From Obrimoposthia wandeli (lineage: Eukaryota): a DNA stretch of 64,000 bases. The notes beneath the pieces were generated by a model. That model ran no database searches. It worked only from the letters and a program-made list of their open reading frames with translations, and was not told where the DNA came from. Within the stretch, counting starts at the first letter, position 1. The number at the start of each line of letters is the position of its first letter. A program made the position numbers and the translations under genes. Location: NCBI GenBank assembly GCA_977020255.1, contig CDROCS010003719.1, forward strand, positions 372,001 to 436,000, read 5' to 3'. Of the stretch, positions 11,283 to 22,476 are shown one piece after another.

Positions 11283-11860
11283 AGTAGGTAGATGTGGCAC
11301 TTCTGGAACAAAGCCCCCCCCTGAGGACAAGTCAAAAATCTAGGTCAAATTTTTTGAAGTGGACAAAAAATTTAAGTCAAATTTTGAAATTTCCGCGGAA
11401 AATTTGAAATATAGGTCAAATTTTTTGAAATTTGAGCGAAATTTTTTGAAAATGTTTGAAATTTCCATGAAATTTTATGAAAATTTTGAAATTAGCGCGA
11501 AAATTTTTGAACTCAAATTTTTTATGACAGATGTAGGTCAAATTTCTCCCGAGTACACATGATTTTTTATTTAAAGTCATGACCTCATAAGGTCAAGGGC
11601 ATGTCCTCATGAGGTCATGGGAAAAATCTAGATCATGACCTCATAAGGTCAAGGGCATGACCACATAAGGTCAAGGGCATGTCCTCATGAGGTCAATGTC
11701 TAGGTCATGAGCTCATGTGCTCACCATGAGCCCAAGGTTATCGTGCAGGTCTAGGTTGAGCTCATGTGCTCACCATGAGCCCAAGGTTATCATAAGCTTC
11801 ATGCTCACTATGAGCTCATGTCATGAAAGACAGACATCTAAGCACATCATCATCTAAAAG
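11283..11860 (+). repeat. Internal terminus-like sequence followed by GAAATTT and AGGTCA/TGACCT repeat clusters
   Basis: AGTAGGTAGATGTG at 11283, then a C-tract and short imperfect repeats. Confidence 0.55.
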
Positions 11861-12423
11861 GAATTATTATTAATCAATTATAAATCGAAGATTATTCAAA
11901 TAATGTTTGAAAAAACACAATAGAAGGACAATAATCAATAGATATTTGCTCTTTTATTGTGTTTTCTAAACATATATAATCGAATTAAAATAATAAACCT
12001 TACTCGATATCGGGAGCAGCAGCAGCAGCATAAAATATAAATAAAATAAAAATTTACCTGAATACTGCAGCTAAATCCAATTCAGCAGCAGCAGAACTGA
12101 TGACATTTACTGCACACATAGTTCAATACAAGGCAGAGAAAATCTATGCCTTGTATTGAAGTGTACAGCAGGGAAGAGAAAATCTCTGCCTTGTATTGAA
12201 GTGTACAGTAGAGAAGAAAAGTCACACACTTACACAGATGTGATTTAATAATTACCATTATTTGCAACATTTGTACACGTAACGTGCTTTGTCCCTTTTT
12301 GAATTATTTCTTTTCAAATGTTGAGGACATAAGTCTTTCAAGACAACGACTATGAGCACATGGTTACTCACTCTTGATGGATCTTCTTTGAGCAGGTTAT
12401 TTGAGCTGATTATTTTAAGAAAG

Positions 12424-12913
12424 TTATTTGAGTTGCTTCTTTAAGGAAGTTATTTGAGTTGCTTCTTTAAGGAAGTTATTTGAGTTGCTTCTTTTAAGGA
12501 AGTTATTTGAGTTGCTTCTTTTAAGGAAGTTATTTGAGTAGCTTCTTTTAACGAAATTCTCTGAGTTGCTTCTTTTAAGGTACTTATTATTGCTGATTCT
12601 TCGAGTTGCTACTTTGAGCTTATTCTTTAATATGGTTATTCTTTCTTGCTGCTCGACGATTATCCTCCATCTCTTCTCTTCTTTTTTCATCCACCTTCTT
12701 CTTTTCCATTTCGATCTTCTTATTCCACTCCACGATTCGACATCGTTCTGCTAGCCGCCTGTCCTGAATATCCACCCGACGATTCCACTCGGTCGCGACA
12801 GCAGCATACAGATTCTGATTGAGGACCCTCTTTCTTAAGTCCCCTTTCTTCTCATTTATTCTGAAGTTTGCTTCAATCTTCGTTACCAGACTCTTCATTT
12901 TAATGAATTCCAT
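12424..12913 (-). CDS. Charged coiled-coil-like ORF with 23-24-nt C-terminal repeats (two overlapping frames)
   Basis: E/K/R-rich 97-aa ORF overlapping an ORF with repeated NNFLKRSNS units. Confidence 0.4.
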
Positions 12914-13128
12914 TTTTTAATTATGAAGAGGTTCATAATTTTGAACCTATATATATAAATTTAGGATATTTTTTAATCCAATTAAATGATATATTTTTAT
13001 TTATCAAATGAGAGTTTAATAAATCTATAACTTATCATTGTATTTAAACCTGCAATTGCAATTAAACTTAAAGATTTCTAAATTTAAAATTTTTAAAAAA
13101 ATAAATATTAAGAAGAAAACATATGAAA

Positions 13129-13732
13129 TTAATTTTTATAAATTATATTCTTAAACATCTTTACGAAGTCATCATTGGGATCATCCGGTTCGAAATCCCT
13201 CCGACTAAGTATTAATGGAGAAAGCGCTACTGGTTCATTCTTCTTTGGCCGACCCGGTTTCTTTTTCGGCTTCACCGGTTGATTTGTAGCAATTGTCCTT
13301 CCCTCAGGTTTTGGCAATATTTGCCGTAACTGTTTGGGGGGAGGTGCAGCCGATGTTGATGGCCTCGACATAGAAGCAGTAGCCTTCCTCTTACGCGGAG
13401 CTTTCTTCTGTTTCTCCTCCTTCTCACGCTGAAGCTGGCGATGTTTCCAGTTCCGCCAGGAATTCATTCAATCCAGCTTCATCCCAGGCCCTCTTCAAGT
13501 TCTGACTGGTTGTTGGAGATGCAGTCTCCCAAGCCCTGGCCAAATTTGATGTCTCCTGTAGGCGTCGTTGACTTGATGGCGGACTAATCTTGATTGGTGA
13601 GACTGGGATCATCTCGTATAGAATTGGCTCGTCGTCCACTGGAGATGGGAGAATCTCCTGCCGTCCAATCACCGTCTCAGAATAATGGCCAATTAAGGTG
13701 GAACATTTTTTCGAGCGCTTCGTCTTCTTCAC
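13129..13732 (-). CDS. Pro/Ser-rich and basic (NLS/AT-hook-like) accessory ORF pair, possibly one frameshifted gene
   Basis: GC-richer open frames starting just inside the right hairpin. PRKRK and KPKKKPGRPKK motifs. Confidence 0.45.
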
Positions 13733-13943
13733 ATCTGCTCGCTTCGTCCGTTTCTGACAGGCGCGAAAAACGTTTTGGGACCCCCCCTTTAAAACCGTGC
13801 ATGTGTGTGGAGTGAAATTTCACTCCACACACCTACACGAAATTTCACTCCACACACATGCACGGTTTTAAAGGACAGGGGGGTTGTGGATTAGACCGGA
13901 CACATCCAGCTACTACAGTAATTTATTTAATTTATGTTTTTAA

Positions 13944-14257
13944 GACTATGTTAACATGATTATGTTAACTTGACTATGTTAACTTGACTATGTTAACTTG
14001 ACTATGTTAACTTGACTATGTTAACTTGACTATGTTAACTTGACTATGTTAACTTGACTATGTTAACTTGACTATGTTAACTTGACTATGTTAACTTGAC
14101 TATATTAACTTGACTATGTTAACTTGACTATGTTAACTTGACTATGTTAACTTGACTATGTTAACTTGACTATGTTAACTTGACTATGTTAACTTGACTA
14201 TGTTAACTTGACTATGTTAACTTGACTATGTTAACTTGACTATATTAACTTGACTAT
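13944..14257. repeat. 14-bp minisatellite (GACTATGTTAACTT), about 22 copies
   Basis: Directly visible, nearly perfect array with two TATATT variants. Confidence 0.95.
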
Positions 14258-14750
14258 TCCTGATAATATACAAGATAAACTTGATGAATTACCATATTCA
14301 TCGTCATTGGAGTGACCTCTCGGCTCAGTATCAAAACCGTGTCAACACACAATCCTAAATTAAACAACGTAATATATTCTTATATATTATAGTTTAATCT
14401 GTTTCTGGTGTTGAATTAAACCCTGTACATATAGTGTAAAAAAACCGGTTAAGTACCAATATTTAAAAATTATATTGACTTTAACTTGACTTTTATCAAT
14501 TAAAATATAACTCCATTTACTGCATAAAACTGCATAAAATCGTAAATAAAACGAAATTGATTATAAATGCGCTAAGCTCACATCTATGGTTTCAGCGTCA
14601 TTAAAATCAATGATCACTTATATCTACTATTTGTGCAAAAGCAAAAGATTTGTCCTTATAAAGCCTCATTTAGTGGACAAACGCTATTACACTTATCGAA
14701 ATTAAGAATCTACCAATGTAAGTGAGTAGTCTTTTAGAAGTAAATGCAAT

Positions 14751-15160
14751 TGTGACATAAATATAGTGTTGGGGTTTCTATATGAAACTGTTTCTAATAT
14801 AGATCCTCTGAATGGAGGTCCCCAACGTGAGTTCTATAGAAGCAGGACTTGTAGATGGTTGTGACCTACTTAATGTTATGCTTGCTTATCTCAATTTGTA
14901 TCTGAAGGTTTACTAAGGTTAGGTGTGGTGAAATGTGTGAAGAGCTGTGTATGTGGTTGTTGCAAGGTCCCCTCAGTGTGGTGTGGTAGGTAGAGTAGTT
15001 AACAACTACTTACTGGCAAGGGTTCGGTTTAATACAACCCGGTTTACTGTAGGAAATCTTTATTTCTAAACACACAACTTTACGTTAAATACGTTCTAAA
15101 AACAACTACACAATTTTAATTACGTTACACAATTCTCTAACAAGTGGTGATGATCCACGT
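14751..15160 (+). mobile_element. Candidate LTR (TGT...ACA, 14751-15142) with PBS-like TGGTGA at 15145
   Basis: TG/CA ends and TGG 2 nt downstream. Repeat-rich UTR-like sequence follows to ~16330. No second LTR or gag frame seen. Confidence 0.35.
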
Positions 15161-18100
15161 ATCGATTTTAATTTCGGTTTGTTTAGTTACTAGAGTCTTT
15201 ACTCTAAAAATGGGGACTGAATTTTGAGAGCTGGTTGCTCTAAACTTATGGCAGGTTAAGTTGATGAAAATATAGAAATACAAGTGGGACAACCTATCTT
15301 TCAAATTTATTTTTAGAAAGATCGAATTCAATTGGGACAATTTTAACTTTAAATTTTCTTTTATAAAATATAGGATTCAATTGGGACAATTTTATCTTTC
15401 AAACTTTACTTCTAATAAGATAGAATTCAATAAATTAGATCAGGACAATTTTATCTTTCAAATTTCTTTTTAAAATTGTTAAAACTTATATTTTAAAAAC
15501 TTCCTTTTTTAAAATTGTTCCAATTTATATCAATTAAAAATAGTTTGGTCTTACCAATATCCGTTCCTGCCGCTGCGATTGATACCGAGATCTGAATATA
15601 ATGGGACACGTTAGACTTGATACAACCTGTCGTAATTATTTCTATCAACCTCCTAATAACTCAGGTAATCCACAGTACAGTAATTATTCACCTATAAGGG
15701 GTCCCACCTATAAGGGTGTCCGGTCACCGAAATTTTCACGCTTCACCTATAATAGTACCTTTCCAAGCTTTTAAATAACGCATCTATAAGTGATTCGGTG
15801 TCGGTCTCTCTCAAAAACATGTTTTAATGAATACCCTTACAGGTGAATAATTACTGTACTCACCAATATTCGTTCCTGCCGATGAGATCGATACCGAAGT
15901 CCGTTCCTGTTTGGTCCTCTGTGTCCTTCCGATCGTTCTCCGGTACGGTTCGTTTCCGAGCTCGATAACTGCTCGTGGTTCCGTTGATAGCTCCTTCTCG
16001 TTTTCGTTCCGCGTTCTCACTTTTTAGAGCCAGACAAATGTTTTTTATTTCAAATTTCTAAATTCCACGTTTATATATGACTGTATGTATATATTCGCAC
16101 TACCGAGAGAATCCAGCTGTTTTCTTCTCATGTCTTAGCAATTAGCAATTCTACAAAAATGGGAATTGTTGATTTAAGCACTCTAATTAAAAGTTCTTAC
16201 CTTCCTCTTGTCCTGACGGCTGGGGTGATTCACACCGAGCAACTGACGTCTTAGCAATTAGCAATTCTACTAATATGGGAATTGTTGATTTAAGCACTTT
16301 AATTAAAAGTTCTTACCTTCCTCTAATCAATTCTTCAATACTTTGCTAACTTCTTTTTTGGGGCCTTTTGCTTTAATTTTAATATCTATATATACTGCAC
16401 ACGCTTACACATGACCTTCGTGGTCCTAATATTTTCCAATGGTTTTATTTTTATAATTTTAATTTTATAATTAATTTTATCTTAATTATAACCTTGCTTT
16501 CAAGGATTTTTATTTTAGTATAAAAACGATTAATTATTTTAAATTAATCAAAACCTAATCCTAACAATAGTAACTGATGAGTTGTTGAATATCAGCAATT
16601 ATAAACCAATTCATGACTAGTACAATGATTTTTTGAAAATTTTTCATTTGAAAATTCAAATATGAAAGTTGAGGTGAAGTATTTTTTGATGTTTTTAATA
16701 AAATGTTTTTTAATAGTAAAGAGAAATCGACAGCTTTCACGCTTTGTTCCTTAAATCAAAATCCACGCAAAATAGGAACAAATCCTTAACTTTGACTAGT
16801 TTTAATTGCCTATGTTTGCTTTTACGAATTATTGGATTGTGTTAGTTCTTCATATTTATTATCTTTAGTCCATTTCTCTGTTCTGATGAGCTTCTAATTT
16901 CTAAAAAAAGTTTTAAATGAAAAATTTATTAATTACAATTTTTTATTAAATCCACAATGACTACATAAATTGTTCAATAAACATAAAAAAACATGGTAGA
17001 TTGTAAGTTGAATACCTAATAATACATTAAAAATGCAGATGATTATAGTGTTTAGCTGCAAAAGTAATTCTTGTCAATTGCCTAACTATTGGCAATTCCA
17101 ACGCAGTTTTGGCCTGAAAAATCTACTTTGTGGTTTATTACACAACTATAAGGGAGATCAAAGTTCGCTTTGATTGGTAATTTAGGGGCAACACTGGTGC
17201 AATTTCGAAACATGGCATAACGACTATAACGAAAGTGGCTAGTGCATGTTAAGAGGGGTTGTGTAGTGGGGAGGTTGGCCCAATCTGCGAGTTTAGGGAT
17301 TGATAGCAAAAAGAGGGTCGCAGATGAAAGTATCAAAATCAATAATTAGCAGCAATAATGTCCCTATGGGAGTATGGGTAAAATCCAATGATTACAGTGC
17401 ATTCGTTCGAGAAACATAAGGCTGGGAGGATTACCGAGGTCACGGGATTCACAGATTTCAGCTATTTACTATTGTCAATAGAGGGAGAGAGAGAACGATT
17501 GATCAGATGTGGTGGGATTTAAATTGCTGTGGGAAAATTTCTGTAGCTATTTTTGCCTTTCAATCAAAAAATACAGCACTCAGCAGCAGAAAAAAAGGTA
17601 GAGATATTATTTGCTTTGGAGCCCCCAGGGATCACAGTCGCGGATCTTCGACGATTAGTTTTTCCCGATATGGACTGTGATCGATGGAAACGTTGTGAGA
17701 TGATAGCACTAACAATATTTACTATAACAGGCTGTATTACATATCTGCAAAACTACCAATGTATGCTATGCTCAGAAATAATCAAAGCAGAATTTAGTAA
17801 TTTTTAATAAAATTGAATTGGAATTATTAGTTGTGATTTGGATTGTCCGGTTCATTTTTTCAAAGATGTTGATCTAAACTCTTACAGTTGTACAGGAAAA
17901 GTTAATTAACAAGCAACAAAACAATCATATGTAATATTATTTCTCAACATGTAAAAATATTAAAAATGTGTTTTAATAATGGTATTTTATGTTAAACTGA
18001 ACTGAAAAAATGTCAGTATTTTGTTAATATTTCTTAAAACCCTCATTAACATTCTAAATAATTGAAAAGTTCATTAACATTATATTTAGAACTTCCTGGT

Positions 18101-18699
18101 TGCAAAATTGGGACGAACAAATCGGTATTTGGTGAATTATAGTATGATTAAAAGATTTTGATATTCTTAGATTTAAAATTAATGCAATATTTTGATACAT
18201 ATAGGTATCGTCAATAGAAGGATGTAGTACTTCTGGCACAAGGCAGAATAAGAGTGACCCCCAGTGCTTAAATGAAGCATACATGTATTAATAGGTAATT
18301 ACTGGTTGTTGTGATAACCATGCGTATGTATTACATAATCGGTTACATGTTAACCATACGTATATATAGTGGCATGGCAAATGTATATACTGCAACTCAT
18401 ATTTACGTAATTTACTGAGGTTCAAAATAACCTACCCAATATAACTAATACGACCCAAAATTATGTTTCCTTATTAAGTAGAATTGTACTTAGGTCCTAT
18501 AAATTTTAATTGTTCTACGAAACTGAGATTTTCTGCAATATGTGACTGCTTAATCTGTGCAAGAGCAAATCATAAAACTTGTTGTGTAGCTCCTTGATAA
18601 TGGATTTGTCTAACTCCAATAAATGGGTAATGCGATTAGAGCTTAGATTACTAGAACAGCTTAGTAATAATTTTCCTTAACTCGATTCAATCGGTTACC

Positions 18700-21600
18700 T
18701 TTAAAAGTTGCCACAAGGCAAAAACTGGGATATGACACACCTGTACAAATTATTGACATAAATGTACAAATGTTCAGTTCCGTTAATGTCATCCACATTG
18801 TGCTTGTTCACGAAGGTCAGCCCGCCTTGAATTTCAGACTGGAAGAGACGGTACATCTTTGGGTCTTGGATTAGCTCGACTCTCACAAGATGAGGAGCAG
18901 CAGGTGAAGCAAATGTGGAAAAGAATCTGACACGACCATATCGTAAGGAAATTTAACTTTGCTGCTAATAAGTAGTTGTGGGAAGACGGAATGTGTTAGA
19001 GTAGTGACACACAGGTTCTTAACATGTTTTGCAAGCCCGATGTTACAAAATTGTAACGAGTCTATAAAGTGAATACATAATCCTACAATGTGCACCAAGA
19101 TAGGTTGTAATTTCTTTGGTGATTGAGGAATGACATATACTCCAGTGCGAATTTTGATTCGATGCTTGCTTGAAGATGTGCATATATAGAGTTTTCTAGT
19201 TTTAAATACATGCTTTCCATTGAATTACTATCGACCCACTGCCCCAGTTACGGTATTACAGATTTAGTACAACTCAATTCTTAAATATTGTTCCTACTAG
19301 TTTTAATCGTTTGTTTATAATTTTCTTTGTAGTTTTTCTTTGTTTATATCCAGTTTCCGAACTATTTTTTCTATTTTAGAAAATAAGCTAAATCAGGACT
19401 AATATAATCTACTTTACCAATAAAATATTTCTTTAGAGTTGAAATTAATTTCTCATAACTTGAAAAGCATTTAGAACCTACTTTAGCAATGAATTGAACA
19501 ATATGTTAAAGAATAGGGAAAGCAAAGCGATAAAGTGTTTTATCTATCCTGGACCGTATTGTTTACCAAAGAAATAAAATACTTATTTTCCCTACAACGG
19601 TTTACTATATGTATCTACAATACTTACATCAATCATATTTTACGAAAATGTACTATTAAACTTGTTTTAGCACTTTAAATAAATTTAATTAGTCTACCAG
19701 AATCACTACGTATATTAAATTCAATATTGTTTATAGAAGAAGAGCTTACTAGGAGATACATTATATAATCAGTGGGAGCATAGAAATTTTTCTATACATA
19801 TGATTCACTTGTTGTATCCAGATAGCTTTAATTAAATATGATCGCGCTCTTCCTACTAGTATTGATTCTGTGAAACTAATGTTAAGATTAGGAATTTATA
19901 AAATTAAAATAATATCGACTATTTATAAGAAAAAAATAAAAACCTTGAATTAAGGTTAAATAAAATTTAAAATTAAAAATAATAAAATTAATTTTAACAA
20001 AACTAAAATAATTTAGGACCTTGAAAAGGTCATGTATGTTGCGTTGTATGTAGGTGTGTTTGGGATGTGGGATATGGCCAAAAAAATAATATCTTTCAAT
20101 TATTATATCAATACTTTCGATGTATATGCCAACTATTTCTACTCACCAAGATCTAATCGTTTCTCTTCGGTGGGTCTATGATTATACGCTTTAGTTAGCT
20201 TTGGCCCAATCATCCCTTCAAACACTTTCTTTTTATTCTTGAATTCATTTGTTTCAAACCCGATTATTAAAGCCAATGAATTATCCATTTTAACATTAAC
20301 AATATTTGATTTCAATTTAAAAGAATTTATAAATTTATGTAAGCTGAGTGACAGGGTTATACAGTGTTCATTTCAAGAGGGTAAATTTATTTGTTTTATA
20401 ATTTTAGGTAAAACTTCAATCTATGTCTTATTACATAGTTTAGAGAAATTCCTTTTAATCAATCTTTCTACGTTCAATGAAACTGTTTAACTAAACCTGC
20501 TTTATATTGAGAAAACTCAGAATGATAATTGATACCATGTTTCTGCAATAAACCGCTAACATATTTATTATAATACTCAATTCACTATCGGTTTGAAAAT
20601 TAATTTATTGCACACTTCAAAGATATTTTTTCATTTCTTTCAGTAGGCCAGGACCTGATTTGGACTTTAAAGCTCTTACAGTTCTGCTGAAAACATCAAC
20701 ACAAGTTAAATTGTATCGTATACCTAATTAATACGGTCATATGGGATCATTTCCATTAAATCAGCTTGCCATGAATCATTAGGCCCACTCTTATTGTATG
20801 ATCTTGCTGAACATGAAGTCTCATTGGTAAGTTTAAACTGTACATTAACTCCCAGCTATGCTTTCGTATACTTTTTTTGTTTTCTTTACCTCTTTTGACA
20901 ATTTTTAAATTCCGGTATAACCTACGGGTTGACTTGGATATAACTATATCTTCTCCATTATAACAAGATTAATTAATTTCTATTTTAAACTTCGGAATAC
21001 GTAAACACATACAAAATTCATATTTTAGCTCGAAATACATGTTTAAAATCATCATTTTAGTAGTCTGTTAGTAAGTGCACCACTTACATACCCAACTTGA
21101 GGAAGAACTACAAAAACAAGAAATCCTCCCCTCTGCTTACTCTTACGTTTACCGATTCATCTTTTAACTTGAAATATGTCAAGAAGAGAGATTTTATGTT
21201 ATTTCTATTTATTTGAATTTTTAACTGATATTTTACCGGGAATTATATTTTTGATCATATTTAGCATATCAACAATTACAAAAGTATGAAACGATTTAAG
21301 AATAGCAGGTCATCGATTAGTTGGTGCACGCATAAGACAATTGAAATAAGCAATAATCCTATTTTTTCTGATTTTCAAACAACCATTTGTTTCGTATTTT
21401 TTAATTCGTATACATCTGATTTATATAATCTCTTAACTTTAGGTTTAATAATTTCATATTTGAAAGTTATCATCGTGGAACTTGTTTTTTCTAATTGTGT
21501 ATCGATCTCATACCATTAGGATTGAATATATCATTTTTAACTCTTAATTCATCGGAACATTCTTGAGTAAAATCAATGAACATGTACATGCACATTTACA

Positions 21601-22476
21601 TCTACATGAAAAGAAGTAGTATTATCTTGAAATGAATCAATTAGGAAATGTATATTAGGTGGGTAAGCTTGCCTTGAAACAAAATCAACAACCGTCTGAT
21701 CACAAATCAAATGTATTGGTAACATGAGTAAATCATGATTTGAGTGGACTAGTTTTATCAAACCCATATCGATAATGACCAATATAAAGTTTATATATTA
21801 CAATTTCACTCATTTACGTCTAGTCTAACATTTCTTTACTAGGTTTACTATATATAGAATTAAACAATATATTAAAAATAAGTCTCATATGATTCATTTC
21901 CATACTATTATATGCTCTAAATAAATCTTATTCGTTTAAAATTTTCAATCGTCACTTATCAATAATCACATAATCTTCAATTCTTACTTGTATTATTGCT
22001 ACTAATTTTGTTTCTTCAATTGATTATTTGATATTATTATCCATAATTATTGTGTATATTGCGAATATGAATGCGGAAAATCTTTATCAACGTATTCATA
22101 ATTATTACAGACATGATATGCACTTTTTGAAGAAATCTCAGAATTATTATTTTGTTTTCCCTGCTAGTGTAAAGAGGTTTAAATTTGATTATTATGTATC
22201 AAATTTGAATTAAGTAAATGTAAACTGAATCAAGAACTTTTTCAACAACATGGAATCAAAATTCAACTTCTGGAAAACAAATTTATAATCAAAGGAAATG
22301 ATGCCATTTTCAAGCGGGAGGATGGAACTTTTGCTGATTCATGTGTTTTGGGAAAGCAATGGTCTCAATTTAAAAGAATTCACGAATACAATGTCAGTAT
22401 ATGGGAACTAAAACCCGATTTCAAAAATTCTTGATTGAATAATGAATGAGTTTTATTGACATATATAGTATGTAAC
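18700..22476 (-). mobile_element. Old degraded Maverick (C): pPolB, PW, penton, integrase, pX-like and ATPase remnants
   Basis: Minus-strand fragments GGLTFVNKH and FIDSLQF (18.7-19.1 kb), GKQYG and AKTSLIVHFRK (19.5-19.7 kb), WQADLMEMIPY (20.8 kb), QRGGFL (21.1 kb), DQTVVDFVSRQAYP (21.7 kb). Confidence 0.8.
22068..22434 (+). pseudogene. Frameshifted homolog of the A2 ORF 29012-29398
   Basis: YQRIHNYYRHDMHFL aligns with YKAVQKYYEYDMFFL. IKIQLLENKFIIKGNDAIF aligns with LKIDVELENEGIFMRGDKCKF. Confidence 0.6.

Larger units (their letters stand above)
7735..13914 (-). mobile_element. Maverick family B, 6180-bp deleted element with 6-bp TSD ACAGTA
   Basis: Left end AGTAGGTGGATGTGTCCGGT and right end ACCGGACACATCCAGCTACT (19/20 inverted match). 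ACAGTA at 7729-7734 and 13915-13920. Carries the 5' half of pPolB. Confidence 0.9.

Noticed and set aside
11359-11562. 67-aa F/E/K-rich ORF
   Set aside because: Translation of the GAAATTT repeat tract.
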